Source: an uncultured Planctomycetia bacterium (GTDB lineage Bacteria > Omnitrophota > Gorgyraeia > VGKH01 > JBHPFN01). Taken from it: DNA of 64,000 bases. Position 1 is the first letter of the stretch. The number at the start of each line of letters is the position of its first letter. This document shows positions 19,993 to 30,129 of the stretch, piece after piece. The position numbers and the translations under genes are program-made. The notes beneath the pieces are model-generated. The model did not search any database, was not told the origin of the DNA, and worked only from the letters and a program-made list of their open reading frames with translations. The DNA lies in contig CAYOSQ010000002.1 in NCBI GenBank assembly GCA_964406665.1, positions 118,219 to 182,218 of the forward strand, in the 5' to 3' direction.

Positions 19993-20707
19993 TGCGGATT
20001 ATATCAGCACCTTCTTCTATTGCAACTTCAAAATCATTAGACATGCCCATGGAAAGATGTCTTAATTCAATATTTTTTCCGAAAATTCCCTGCTTAGCTC
20101 TATCTCTTAAAACTCTTAGATTCCTAAAGCAATCTCTCGTTTCTTCAGGATTTTCAACAAACGGTGCCATAGTCATGAAGCCTAAAACATGAAGATTGTT
20201 CATTGATGATACATTATCCAAGAAATCAAATACATTTTTTGGGTCAATGCCAAATTTTTGTCTCTCTTCTGAGGTGTTTATTTGAATTAAAACATCAACT
20301 TTTTTTTTTCTCAAGATGGCTTCGCTGTTAATTTTTTCAGCAAGTCCCAGGCTATCTACACTGTGAATAAGGTTGAAAATTTTAACTGCTTCTTTTACCT
20401 TATTAGTTTGGAGATGGCCGATCATATGCCATGTCAATTTAGGCAGTTTTGCTTTTTCAGAGAACTTTTCCAGATAGGTAAACTTAGCTTTAGCATCCTG
20501 GATACGATTTTCACCAATATCAAAAATACCAAGCTTAGCTGCCTCTATAACATCATCTGCGCCTACTTCTTTAGTAACGCAAACTAGTTTAATATCGCAT
20601 AAGCTTCTTCTGCTTCTGGCGCAGGCTTCTGCAATCTTCGAATTCAATTTTTGCAGATTACCTTTAATCATTTGAAATAACTTAACATAAAAGCACTGCA
20701 ATGTCAA
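19964..20707 (-). CDS. yggS: YggS-family pyridoxal-phosphate homeostasis protein (alanine-racemase N-domain fold).
   Basis: A 247-aa single TIM-barrel PLP-binding domain with YggS-like conservation. Confidence 0.8.
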   Translation of the reverse strand: MTLQCFYVKLFQMIKGNLQKLNSKIAEACARSRRSLCDIKLVCVTKEVGADDVIEAAKLGIFDIGENRIQDAKAKFTYLEKFSEKAKLPKLTWHMIGHLQTNKVKEAVKIFNLIHSVDSLGLAEKINSEAILRKKKVDVLIQINTSEERQKFGIDPKNVFDFLDNVSSMNNLHVLGFMTMAPFVENPEETRDCFRNLRVLRDRAKQGIFGKNIELRHLSMGMSNDFEVAIEEGADIIRIGRAIFKHE

Positions 20708-20753
20708 TAAATAAGCCTGTGTGTTTGGAGGTTATTGCTTTAGGGCGGGTTTT

Positions 20754-21083
20754 TTACTTCTGGCTTTTTTTACTTGGGCAGATGTTGATTTTTAAAGAGT
20801 GACAGAAGGCAATTTTAAAGAATTTATCATCATTGACAGTGTAAAGGTTTCCCTTTATTTTGATGAATATTTCTTCTTCTTTTTTTGCAGTATCCTGCTG
20901 TCTAAAAATATAGAACTGCGGCGGATTGATTCTTTTTCTTATGTTTGAAGTTTCCTTTACCTGGAAGATGAATCTTCTTTGTACATGAGAAAATATACCA
21001 TTTTGAGAAAACTCTTCCGTTAAGGAAAGAATCTTCCTTCCTTTTTCAAGTGAAGTTATATTCTTAAAAAGCAGCTCTCTCAT
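20754..21083 (-). CDS. Hypothetical protein (109 aa).
   Basis: The ORF is preceded by an SD-like AGGGGA. I recognise no family. Confidence 0.3.
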   Translation of the reverse strand: MRELLFKNITSLEKGRKILSLTEEFSQNGIFSHVQRRFIFQVKETSNIRKRINPPQFYIFRQQDTAKKEEEIFIKIKGNLYTVNDDKFFKIAFCHSLKINICPSKKSQK

Positions 21084-21098
21084 TTTATCCCCTGTTTT

Positions 21099-21332
21099 AA
21101 AAAAGAAGGCCGAGTTACCAGGAATGCTTTATTGTAGTGTTGTCTCCTTTCAGTAACCCGGCCACCCTCACCCATGGCTGGTGGGATATTTCAAAATGGT
21201 TTACATTTTAGTTTAAATACTTTTTTAAAGAGTTTATTAATACCTGAAAAAAAAGAATTTGCACTAAAAGTATACCCTGAAAAAGAACAAATTCAAGACT
21301 GTTTTGGGCCTTCAGAGAAAGCGCTTTCTTCT
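21099..21332 (-). promoter_or_regulatory. Candidate cis-regulatory leader or attenuator. It is a terminator-like hairpin plus U-tract that abuts the RBS of the 109-aa ORF.
   Basis: On the minus-strand RNA, GGCCGGGUUACUG...(~40 nt)...CUGGUAACUCGGCC forms a ~13-bp stem. UUCUUUUUU, AGGGGA and AUG follow it. Upstream there is a GAGGGUGGCCGGG segment that weakly resembles a T-box motif. Confidence 0.3.
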
Positions 21333-21956
21333 TTATTTAAATATTTTTACTCGAGGTTCCTCCTTCTTTAACATGCGTTTTATATTTTTAGTATGGCGCA
21401 GGTAAATAAAAACACACAAAATTGCACTTAAAATGATTAGTTCAAGTTCTTGACCAAAAAGAACCATTGAAATAGGAAGAGAAAGCGCCGCAATCAAAGA
21501 TGACAATGAAACTATCCCAGTTATAAGGAAAGCAAGTATCCAAGAACCTATGGAAATTAAGACAGCAGGTCTTAGTCCAGCGATTTTAACCGAAAGACCA
21601 ATGAGCGCCCCTACGCTAGTGGCAACACCTTTTCCTCCCTTGAATTTTAAAAATACTGTCCATACATGACCAGAGACAACAGCTAAGCTAAAGACAACTC
21701 TCCAGAGAGAATCAGGTAGATTTACAAGGTCAGCTACAAGAATCGGCGCAAGCATCCCTTTGAATATGTCAAAAATTAAAACAACAATTCCTGGGATTTT
21801 CCCCATGGCTCGGAAAGTATTGGTTGCACCAACGTTTCCTGAGCCAATTGTGCGGATATCTATTTTTCCCCAAAACTTTCCTATGAGATATGCTGTTGGG
21901 ATAGAACCTATTAAATAGCTTATGAGTATTCCGCTACTAATTCTCAGTATCAGCAT
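21333..21956 (-). CDS. plsY: Glycerol-3-phosphate acyltransferase PlsY (acyl-phosphate dependent).
   Basis: GSGNVGATN motif in a polytopic membrane protein. Confidence 0.9.
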   Translation of the reverse strand: MLILRISSGILISYLIGSIPTAYLIGKFWGKIDIRTIGSGNVGATNTFRAMGKIPGIVVLIFDIFKGMLAPILVADLVNLPDSLWRVVFSLAVVSGHVWTVFLKFKGGKGVATSVGALIGLSVKIAGLRPAVLISIGSWILAFLITGIVSLSSLIAALSLPISMVLFGQELELIILSAILCVFIYLRHTKNIKRMLKKEEPRVKIFK

Positions 21957-22500
21957 TTAATATCTTGACTCCTCTTCTGATATATCCCAGGCCAGAAATA
22001 ATTGTAAAGAATAGTGCAATATACCAGATATAATGAGAAAACTGTAATTGTAAAAGAAGACCTATCACACACATTGCTTGAAAAAAAGTAGTAGTCTTCC
22101 CCCATCTGGTGGGTAATACATCTAAATTACCCTGAACCATATAAATAATTCCAGAACCTAAAAGTATAATAGCGTCCCGACTAGCTACAGCAATTACAAG
22201 CCAGAGTGGAAATCTAATTCCAGCAGGAAAATTATCAACCAAATAAAGACAAATAAATGAACTAATCAAAAGCAGCTTATCTGCTAATGGATCTAAAATC
22301 GCGCCAGCTTTTGTTTTTTGTTTCCTAGTCCTGGCTATGTAGCCATCAACAACATCAGAAATAATAGCCATCAGAAAAATTCCCAAAGAAACCAATCTAA
22401 GATAATCATTTTCCGGGGAATAATAAAGCACAGAAGCAATGAATAAAGGAACCGAAACAATTCTAAATATTGAAATTTTGTTAGCAAAAGTTAAAGCCAT
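21937..22500 (-). CDS. pgsA: CDP-alcohol phosphatidyltransferase (PgsA-like).
   Basis: DxxDGxxAR...GxxxDxxxD motif: DVVDGYIARTRKQKTKAGAILDPLADK. Confidence 0.8.
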   Translation of the reverse strand: MALTFANKISIFRIVSVPLFIASVLYYSPENDYLRLVSLGIFLMAIISDVVDGYIARTRKQKTKAGAILDPLADKLLLISSFICLYLVDNFPAGIRFPLWLVIAVASRDAIILLGSGIIYMVQGNLDVLPTRWGKTTTFFQAMCVIGLLLQLQFSHYIWYIALFFTIISGLGYIRRGVKILNADTEN

Positions 22501-22501
22501 T

Positions 22502-23077
22502 TTATTTAGTGATCCTTATCCTATTTAGCGGCCAATAAATAACTAAAGATTTTCCTATTAAAAGATCTTCCGGGACAAAACCCCAATAACGACTATCTCT
22601 GCTAGAAGCAGAATTATCCCCTAATACAAAAAATGAATCTTCAGGAACTTCGAACGTTTGATTTTCCTTTCCAAACTTTCCCCTGTTGTAATAGTGGATA
22701 TGGCGTATAGCCGGATCATCAATAATTTCACCATTAATATATATCTTTCCGTTTTTTATCTCTACGGTTTCACCCTCGAAAGCAATGAGCCGTTTAATAA
22801 AATCTCTGCTTTTATCCTCCGGATAAACAAAAACAATTATATCCAGTCTTTCTGGATCCTTAAATTTTGGAAGTCTTATTGTGGTAAAAGGAATTTTGGC
22901 ACCATAGATAAATTTGTTTACAAGAATGCGGTCACCCTCAATTAAAGTTTGCTTCATCGAACCCGTGGGGATTTTAAATGCCTGGATAATAAAAGTGCGT
23001 ATTACCATAGCAAGAATTAAAGCTACTACAATTGATTCTACCCATTCTCTAAATAAGGATTTTTTTAAATTTTTCAT
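22502..23077 (-). CDS. lepB: Signal peptidase I.
   Basis: S26 boxes PTGSMKQTL, GDRILVNK and GDNSASSRDSRYWGFV. Confidence 0.9.
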   Translation of the reverse strand: MKNLKKSLFREWVESIVVALILAMVIRTFIIQAFKIPTGSMKQTLIEGDRILVNKFIYGAKIPFTTIRLPKFKDPERLDIIVFVYPEDKSRDFIKRLIAFEGETVEIKNGKIYINGEIIDDPAIRHIHYYNRGKFGKENQTFEVPEDSFFVLGDNSASSRDSRYWGFVPEDLLIGKSLVIYWPLNRIRITK

Positions 23078-23082
23078 AATAT

Positions 23083-24873
23083 TTAAATCTTAAGAGCAGC
23101 CAAAAACGCTTCTTGAGGAATTTGTACGTTTCCAACCTGTTTAAGACGCTTTTTCCCTTTCTTTTGATTTTCCCAAAGTTTCCTTTTTCTTGTGATATCT
23201 CCACCATAGCACTTGGCGGTTACATTCTTTCCATAAGCTTTTACTTTAGCGGAGGCGATAATCTTGTTATCAGCTGAAGCTTGAACCGCAACTTCAAAAG
23301 CCTGTCTAGGTATTAACTCTTTAAGTTTGCTAACTAAAGCTCTAGCTTTTTCATAGGCCTTATCTTTATGTACTAAACAAGAAAAGGCGTCACACAGTTT
23401 GCTATTTAGCAAAATATCAAGTTTAACTACTTTCGCAGGTAGATATCCAGTAAATTCGTAATCAAGAGAACCATAACCCCTGGAGATAGATTTTATCTTA
23501 TCGTTAAAATCAACAATTACTTCTGAAAGCGGCAGATCAAAAATAAGGACAAGTTTATCATAAAGATAATCTGTTTTTTTGTATACGCCTCTTCTCTGTT
23601 TTACAAATTCAATTGTTGCATCCATCGATTCTATAGGAACCATTATTTTTACCTCGATGTAGGGTTCTTCGAAAGAAGCGATATCAGAAGAATCCGGAAG
23701 ATCTACAGGATTGTCTATTTCGATAACTTCACCGGTTTTTTTCTTGACTTTAAAAACAACGCTGGGAGTTGTAAGGATTAAATTTAAATTATATTCTCTC
23801 TCTAGGCGCTCTTGAGCAATTTCCATATGCAACAAACCCAAAAATCCGCATCTAAACCCATAACCAAAAGACTGAGACGTCTCAGGTTCATAGACAAAGG
23901 AGGAATCATTCAGTCGAAGTTTTTCCATTGCTTCTCTAAGATTGGGAAAATCTTTAGAGTTGACAGGGTATATGCCGCAAAAGACTAGAGGTTTCATCTC
24001 TCTATATCCAGGCAACGGTTCTTTGGCAGGATTTTTTACACCGGTAATAGTGTCGCCAACCATTACTTCTCGAGGATCTCGTACATTACAGGTAAAGTAT
24101 CCTACAGAACCGCAGGATAATTCTTCGATTTTTTCAGCCTGAGGTTTGAATATCCCAAGTTCCTCAATTTTGTGTTCGCGGTCACCTTGCATCATTTTTA
24201 TGGAACTTTTAGAAGGAAGTTTACCATCAATTACTCTGACATAGATGATAACGCCTTTGAATGTATCATAAGTAGAATCAAAGATGAGCGCTCTAAGCGG
24301 CTCTAATTCGCTTCCCTGCGGAGGAGGTACAAGCTTAATCACATGTTCAAGAATCTCATCGATCCCTCTTCCTTCCTTTGCTGATACTAAAACGATTTCA
24401 TCTTCATTAAATCCGAAAGTTTCTTTGAGTTGATTTTTAACCTCTTCTATATCTATGGAGGGTAAGTCTATTTTGTTTATTACTGGGATAATAGTCAAGT
24501 TTTGTTCAAGAGCCATAAAATAATTTGCGACAGTTTGAGCTTCTATGCCTTGAGAAGCATCTACAACTAATAATGCGCCTTCACAGGCTGTTAAAGATTT
24601 TGCAACTTCATAAGTAAAATCTACATGACCAGGTGTATCAATTAAATTTAGGGAATATTTATTTCCATCTTTTGAGGTATAATCCAAGCATACTGCTGAA
24701 GCCTTGATAGTTATTCCGCGCTCTCTTTCTAACTCCATATCATCGAGAAGCTGATTTTTAAGATTTCTTTTGTCCACCGCACCGGTGAATTCAAGAAGCC
24801 TATCAGCAAGAGTAGACTTTCCGTGGTCGATATGCGCAATTATGGAAAAATTCCTAATATTCTCTTTATTCAT
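23083..24873 (-). CDS. lepA: Elongation factor 4 (LepA).
   Basis: G-domain IRNFSIIAHIDHGKSTLADRLL with the LepA C-terminal domain; 596 aa. Confidence 0.95.
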   Translation of the reverse strand: MNKENIRNFSIIAHIDHGKSTLADRLLEFTGAVDKRNLKNQLLDDMELERERGITIKASAVCLDYTSKDGNKYSLNLIDTPGHVDFTYEVAKSLTACEGALLVVDASQGIEAQTVANYFMALEQNLTIIPVINKIDLPSIDIEEVKNQLKETFGFNEDEIVLVSAKEGRGIDEILEHVIKLVPPPQGSELEPLRALIFDSTYDTFKGVIIYVRVIDGKLPSKSSIKMMQGDREHKIEELGIFKPQAEKIEELSCGSVGYFTCNVRDPREVMVGDTITGVKNPAKEPLPGYREMKPLVFCGIYPVNSKDFPNLREAMEKLRLNDSSFVYEPETSQSFGYGFRCGFLGLLHMEIAQERLEREYNLNLILTTPSVVFKVKKKTGEVIEIDNPVDLPDSSDIASFEEPYIEVKIMVPIESMDATIEFVKQRRGVYKKTDYLYDKLVLIFDLPLSEVIVDFNDKIKSISRGYGSLDYEFTGYLPAKVVKLDILLNSKLCDAFSCLVHKDKAYEKARALVSKLKELIPRQAFEVAVQASADNKIIASAKVKAYGKNVTAKCYGGDITRKRKLWENQKKGKKRLKQVGNVQIPQEAFLAALKI

Positions 24874-24874
24874 A

Positions 24875-25582
24875 TTATTTTCTAAAACCTGATTTGCTAA
24901 TTATTTCTTCAACAACTTCATCTATGGTCATATTGGTAGAATCAATATAGATGGCATCGTCAGCTTTTTTCAACGGGCCAACGCTGCGAGTTAAATCAGA
25001 CATATCTCTTTTTTCTACGTCCTTTTCTATCTGCTTTAAAGAAATATCTTCTTTTTTATCTTTCAATTCTTTAAATCTGCGAGATGCCCTTATTTTTGAA
25101 TCAGCATCTAAGTAAAATTTTTTATCAGCGTTAGGAAATACTACCGTACCGATATCTCTTCCTTCAACAACGACATTATTCTTTTCAGCAAATCTTCTCT
25201 GTAGTTTTACCATTTCTTCGCGAACTTCTGGTGCTCGCGCAATAAAAAATACTTTTTTCGTCACTTCAGACTGACGGATCTCTTTAGAGACGTTTTTGTC
25301 ATCTAAAAAAGTAGTTGAATTACCTTTTTCATCAGCTTTTAAAGAAATATTGGTGTCTGAAAGCAATTTTGCCAAAACTGAAGCATTTTCTATTTCAACG
25401 TTTTGCTCCATCGCTTTAAGAGTTAGAGCTCTGTACATGGCACCGGTATCTAGATAAGTGTAACCCAGGGACTCAGCTACCTTTTTTGCGACAGTGCTTT
25501 TTCCGGCACCAGCAGGCCCGTCAATAGTAATTATAGTAGGTTTATTTGTGGGGATTGAGCTTTTCTCTTTTTGACTTGGCAT
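24875..25582 (-). CDS. cmk: Cytidylate kinase.
   Basis: P-loop ITIDGPAGAGKSTVAK. Confidence 0.9.
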   Translation of the reverse strand: MPSQKEKSSIPTNKPTIITIDGPAGAGKSTVAKKVAESLGYTYLDTGAMYRALTLKAMEQNVEIENASVLAKLLSDTNISLKADEKGNSTTFLDDKNVSKEIRQSEVTKKVFFIARAPEVREEMVKLQRRFAEKNNVVVEGRDIGTVVFPNADKKFYLDADSKIRASRRFKELKDKKEDISLKQIEKDVEKRDMSDLTRSVGPLKKADDAIYIDSTNMTIDEVVEEIISKSGFRK

Positions 25583-26405
25583 TGACTAACTTTTTTGTTA
25601 ACTTTGAATTATTCCCTGAAGAAATTAAGGATTCCAGTTTGAACAATTCAGCTTTAAAAATCTTTATAGCTTTGAGTAATTCGGTTTTATTTGCTATAAA
25701 AATATCTCTCCAAATATCCGGATCAGATGCAGCTATACGAGTAGTATCGCGCATTCCTCCAGAGGCAAATTTAAGGTATTTTTCAGGCACAGCTGAAGTT
25801 AAGCTAAAAGATAAAGCGTGCGGAAGATGACTTACCAGTGCAACAACTTTGTCGTGCTCAGAAGGACTCAATGATACAACTTTTGAACCTAGTAAATTCC
25901 AGAATTTTTTAATTTTCGATAAAGCTAAGGCTGAAGTTTTTTTGCTAGGAGTAACTATACAAATGCTATTTTGAAATAATTCAGAACAAGAAAAATTAAC
26001 ACCTTTTTTTTCTGATCCAGCCAAAGGATGAGAACCGATAAAACTCAGATGCTTAGGTATCAACCTATCTAGGCTATCTACGATTTCACCTTTACAGCTT
26101 CCAACATCAGTAACGATGGTTCCTTCTTTAGCATTTTTAAATACGCTTGGTGCTAATTTGATAATTGTTTTTACAGGAGCAGCGAGAATAATTAAATCAG
26201 CGTTGGAAACAGCTTTTTTTAAATCTAGAGTGCCGATATCAATAGCTTTCTTTTTTAGAGCATTGCTTATTGTCGATCTTCTTCTGGAGAACCCGATAAC
26301 TTTTTTAGCGAACCCACGTTTTTTTATTGCCTTTCCAACGGATCCGCCAATTAGACCAACACCGATAATCGCTACTCGGTTAAACATTATTTCTTTTTTT
26401 CGCAT
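25542..26405 (-). CDS. tyrA: Prephenate dehydrogenase.
   Basis: Rossmann motif VAIIGVGLIGGS with a PDH C-terminal domain. Confidence 0.8.
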   Translation of the reverse strand: MRKKEIMFNRVAIIGVGLIGGSVGKAIKKRGFAKKVIGFSRRRSTISNALKKKAIDIGTLDLKKAVSNADLIILAAPVKTIIKLAPSVFKNAKEGTIVTDVGSCKGEIVDSLDRLIPKHLSFIGSHPLAGSEKKGVNFSCSELFQNSICIVTPSKKTSALALSKIKKFWNLLGSKVVSLSPSEHDKVVALVSHLPHALSFSLTSAVPEKYLKFASGGMRDTTRIAASDPDIWRDIFIANKTELLKAIKIFKAELFKLESLISSGNNSKLTKKLVNAKSKREKLNPHK

Positions 26406-26411
26406 CTTTTA

Positions 26412-27428
26412 CTAAACCTTTCTACCCACTGCTTTTGATATGGCGGACAATTCTTGCATCAAATCGAAAAAGTTTTCCGGAAGTAAAGACTGAGCACCGT
26501 CAGATGCAGAATCCTCCGGCTTTATATGAACTTCAATTATTAAACCATCTGCACCTGCGGCAATTGCAGCCCTTGAGGCTGCAGGAACTAATCCCCATTT
26601 TCCAGTCGCATGGCTTGGGTCGACAATTACAGGCAAGTGAGATAACATTTTAACAACAGCAACAGCATTTATATCTAAAGTATTTCTGGTTGCATCTTCG
26701 AAAGTCCTGATGCCGCGTTCACATAAAATCACATTGAAATTTCCTTCGGATAAAATGTATTCGGCCGACATTAACCACTCTTTTATCGTGGCACTTAAAC
26801 CCCTTTTTAGTAGTACAGGTTTTTTTGTTTGGCCGACTTCTTTTAAAAGGTTAAAATTCTGCATGTTGCGTGCACCAATTTGCAGAATATCAACGTATTC
26901 AGCAACTAGCTTCACATCTCTGGTATCCATAACTTCGGTGACTGTTGCCAAGCCAACTTTGTCACCGACTTCTTTCATAATTTTTAGACCCTCTTCTCCT
27001 AATCCCTGAAAACTGTAAGGAGATGTTCTCGGTTTGAAAGCCCCACCTCTTAAGATGGTTGCACCTGAAGTTTTTACTTTCTCTCCAATAGATAAAAGGT
27101 TTTTCTTGTTTTCAATTGCACAAGGACCTGCCATAACAGCAATTTTTTGCGAGCCAACTTCAATTAGCCCTTTTATTTTTATTACAGAATTATCTTTTTT
27201 GAATTCCCTGGAAACAAGCTTATAGGGAGCTAAAACTGGCATTACTTTTTCAACACCAGGGAAAACCTCAAGAGGAGTAGTCCTTAAAACATCTTCAGGG
27301 CCGATTAGACCAATAATGGTCCTTTCTTTTCCTTGGGAAACATGCGCCTCTAGACCTAATTGTGTAGTTTTCTCAATTATATGATCAATTTGCTCCTGCG
27401 TAGAACCAGGCTTTAGAACAATAATCAT
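26412..27428 (-). CDS. aroF: 3-deoxy-7-phosphoheptulonate (DAHP) synthase, type I-beta, with an N-terminal regulatory domain.
   Basis: The KDO8PS/DAHPS-I-beta core (KPRTSPYSFQGLG) follows a ~70-aa ferredoxin-like N-terminal domain. Confidence 0.8.
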   Translation of the reverse strand: MIIVLKPGSTQEQIDHIIEKTTQLGLEAHVSQGKERTIIGLIGPEDVLRTTPLEVFPGVEKVMPVLAPYKLVSREFKKDNSVIKIKGLIEVGSQKIAVMAGPCAIENKKNLLSIGEKVKTSGATILRGGAFKPRTSPYSFQGLGEEGLKIMKEVGDKVGLATVTEVMDTRDVKLVAEYVDILQIGARNMQNFNLLKEVGQTKKPVLLKRGLSATIKEWLMSAEYILSEGNFNVILCERGIRTFEDATRNTLDINAVAVVKMLSHLPVIVDPSHATGKWGLVPAASRAAIAAGADGLIIEVHIKPEDSASDGAQSLLPENFFDLMQELSAISKAVGRKV

Positions 27429-28504
27429 AAGTGTCTCCTTAAGCTATTAATGAAAGCTTTATTTTCTTTCATAGTAGATATGGTAACTCGCAGGTACGTA
27501 TTTAAGCCCCAAGCTTTCATATCTCTTACTATTATGCCATCACGTAATAAATCTTTAAATACTTTTGTGCTATCCTTGCCTATGTCAATAAGAATAAAAT
27601 TTGTGCAGCTGTCAACGAATACAAGATTTAGCTTCTTTAAATTACCATAAAGATATTTTTTGCCTTCTTTCAGAGATTTTTTTACCATTTTTAAATAGTT
27701 GCTGTCATCTAAACTTGCTAATGCTGCTGCTTGAGCAAGTGAATTTACGTTAAAAGGTTCTCGAACTTTATTTAAACAGCTGATAATTTCAGCAGAAGAA
27801 ATTCCGTATCCTATGCGTAGCCCTGCGAGACTGTAGGCTTTCGAGAAAGTTCTCGTAACAATTAGATTCTTTCTTTTCTTTAAGAGATTTATCGTATTAG
27901 GAAAATTTTCTTTATCAAAAATTTCATAATAAGCTTCATCAAAATAAACCAAGATATCCTTTCTTAATCCTCGTAAAAAGTTACTTACTTCTTTTGCAGA
28001 AACATAAGTACTGTTGGGGTTATCCGGATTAGCAATAAAAACTATCTTGGTTCTCTTTGTCACTGCTTTCTTCATAGCCCCTAAATCATAGCAGAAATCT
28101 TTCATCGGGACTTTCTTAATTTTTGCAGAACAAGTCATTCCAGCGATTTCATAAATGAGAAACGTTTTGTCCGCAATAATGATTTCATCACCAGGGTTTA
28201 AGAAAGCCCTTGCAGCCAAAACAATTATCTCATCAGATCCATTTCCAAAGATCAGTTGATTTTCTTTCACTTTTAGTTTCTTAGCAAGCTTCTTCCTAAG
28301 GGAGAAACAGTTTCCGTCTGGGTATCTATTGATATTTTGCGCTGCTTTTGAAATAGCAGAAAGAGCCTTTTTAGAAGGCGGAAAAGGAGATTCATTGGAA
28401 GCCATTTTAAAGACTTCTTTTAATCCCAGTTCTCTTTTTACCTCTTCTATAGGTTTTCCTGGTTTATAATTTTTAATTTTTAAAATTGATTTTCTTGTTT
28501 TCAT
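27425..28504 (-). CDS. hisC: Histidinol-phosphate/aromatic aminotransferase (class II PLP aminotransferase).
   Basis: SKAYSLAGLRIGY lysine motif; 359 aa. It is embedded among pheA, tyrA and aroF. Confidence 0.8.
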   Translation of the reverse strand: MKTRKSILKIKNYKPGKPIEEVKRELGLKEVFKMASNESPFPPSKKALSAISKAAQNINRYPDGNCFSLRKKLAKKLKVKENQLIFGNGSDEIIVLAARAFLNPGDEIIIADKTFLIYEIAGMTCSAKIKKVPMKDFCYDLGAMKKAVTKRTKIVFIANPDNPNSTYVSAKEVSNFLRGLRKDILVYFDEAYYEIFDKENFPNTINLLKKRKNLIVTRTFSKAYSLAGLRIGYGISSAEIISCLNKVREPFNVNSLAQAAALASLDDSNYLKMVKKSLKEGKKYLYGNLKKLNLVFVDSCTNFILIDIGKDSTKVFKDLLRDGIIVRDMKAWGLNTYLRVTISTMKENKAFINSLRRHL

Positions 28505-28508
28505 TTTT

Positions 28509-29564
28509 CTATACTGGGTATGAGCCCAAAACTTTTAAAAACTTGCATTTTTCTTCAAGTTCATTAACAGCTCTTTGAACTTTTTTATCCAATCTATGGC
28601 CGTCTAAATCAACAAAGAAATAATAATCCCAGGCTTTCTTTTTTGACGGACGAGATTCAATCTTAGTTAGATTGATCTTATTTTTCTTAAAGGGAACCAA
28701 CATATCATGCAAAGCCCCTACTCTATCTTTTATAGAGAACAGTATCGAAGTTCTATCTTTTTTGGTCATCGGACAATCAGTTTGACCAATAACAAGAAAC
28801 CTGGTTATGTTATGCGGGCTATCCTCAATACCACTAGAAAGTATTTTTAGTTTACACTGTTTTGCTGCTAAAGTAGAAGCTATAGCAGCAGCATTCTTTT
28901 GTTTAGCGCAAACTTGAGCAGCCTTAGTTGTACTGGACACTTCAACAGTATCTACTCCGGGTAAATTTTTATCTAACCAGATTCTACATTGTCCTAAAGC
29001 ATTTGCGTTCGAGTATACTTTTTTAATACTTTTTTTAGCACAATTAGCTAAAAGATTATGAGAAATTTCAGAAATAATCTGAGAACAAATCTTTAAATCT
29101 GAATCAACAAACATGTCTAATGTATGACTAACTATTCCTTCAGTTGAATTTTCAATAGGTACCACGCCGTAATCAGCATTTTGTCTTCTTACCTCTAGAA
29201 ACACATCCGTAATATTATTACAAGCGATGTATTTAACCTGTGTGCCAAAATGTCTTAAAGAAGCAAGGTGAGTATACGTTGCCTCGGGCCCGAGATACGC
29301 TATTTTTATTGGTTTCCCTAGAGCAAGTGATGCAGACATTATTTCTCGGTAAATTGCTTCCAAGGAAGCATCGTTTAGCGGACCTTTATTTATGCTAGAT
29401 AACCTTTTAATAATTTGCCTTTCTCTTTCAGGGGAATAAACAGTTTTGTTTTGTTCTTTTTTTGCCTTTCTAATAGTCAAACTTAAATTGGCTCTTTGAT
29501 TTAAAAGCTTTGTTACTTGTGAATCAATCTTGTCTATTTTCTTGCGTAGATTGTTCAGGCTCAT
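28509..29564 (-). CDS. pheA: Bifunctional chorismate mutase / prephenate dehydratase with a C-terminal ACT domain.
   Basis: An N-terminal CM-II helix region is followed by the PDT domain (IAYLGPEATYTH) and an ACT domain. Confidence 0.85.
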   Translation of the reverse strand: MSLNNLRKKIDKIDSQVTKLLNQRANLSLTIRKAKKEQNKTVYSPERERQIIKRLSSINKGPLNDASLEAIYREIMSASLALGKPIKIAYLGPEATYTHLASLRHFGTQVKYIACNNITDVFLEVRRQNADYGVVPIENSTEGIVSHTLDMFVDSDLKICSQIISEISHNLLANCAKKSIKKVYSNANALGQCRIWLDKNLPGVDTVEVSSTTKAAQVCAKQKNAAAIASTLAAKQCKLKILSSGIEDSPHNITRFLVIGQTDCPMTKKDRTSILFSIKDRVGALHDMLVPFKKNKINLTKIESRPSKKKAWDYYFFVDLDGHRLDKKVQRAVNELEEKCKFLKVLGSYPV

Positions 29565-30129
29565 TTTGCACCTCCGACTCTGTAGCTTCTTCTTTTGCTA
29601 TAGATAAATTAACAAATTCTTCTATTTTGGGCAGTTCGTCTAATGACTTTAATCCGAAATATTCTAAAAATTGCCTCGTTGTTCCATAAACGAATGGTCT
29701 ACCTACTGTTTCTTTTTTTCCTGCTATGCGAATTAATCCCTTCTCCTGGAGATTTTTGACAACAACATCAACATTTACGCCTCTGATTATTTCTATGTCC
29801 AACCTTGTAACAGGCTGTTTGTAGGCGATGATTGAAAGGGTTTCAAGTGCTGGCATGCTCAACTTTTCTTTATGTCTTACTTTGTAGAACTTTTTTAGAT
29901 ATTGAGCATATTCATTATTAGTGCACAATCTAAACCCACCAGCGACTTCGGCAACTGTTATTCCGCTTTTTTTCTGTTCATAGTCGGATTTTAATTCTTC
30001 AATTAAAGAGCGGATTTCCTTAGTATCAATTGTTCCGATTACTTCTTTTATCTGTTCTAATATAAGTGGTTTTTCGCTGGCAAATAGCAGTGCTTCAATT
30101 ATTCCTTTAATAGTATTGTTATCGCTCAT
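29524..30129 (-). CDS. scpB: Segregation and condensation protein B.
   Basis: Tandem winged-helix ScpB pattern; 201 aa. Confidence 0.8.
   Translation of the reverse strand: MSDNNTIKGIIEALLFASEKPLILEQIKEVIGTIDTKEIRSLIEELKSDYEQKKSGITVAEVAGGFRLCTNNEYAQYLKKFYKVRHKEKLSMPALETLSIIAYKQPVTRLDIEIIRGVNVDVVVKNLQEKGLIRIAGKKETVGRPFVYGTTRQFLEYFGLKSLDELPKIEEFVNLSIAKEEATESEVQNEPEQSTQENRQD

Noticed and set aside
21084-21332. Calling the structured intergenic region tmRNA, SRP RNA, 6S RNA or a definite T-box.
   Set aside because: I found no GGUUCGAAUCC-type tmRNA T-arm, no SRP domain IV motif, and only a partial match to the T-box consensus. Without a covariance-model search I can only call it a candidate attenuator.
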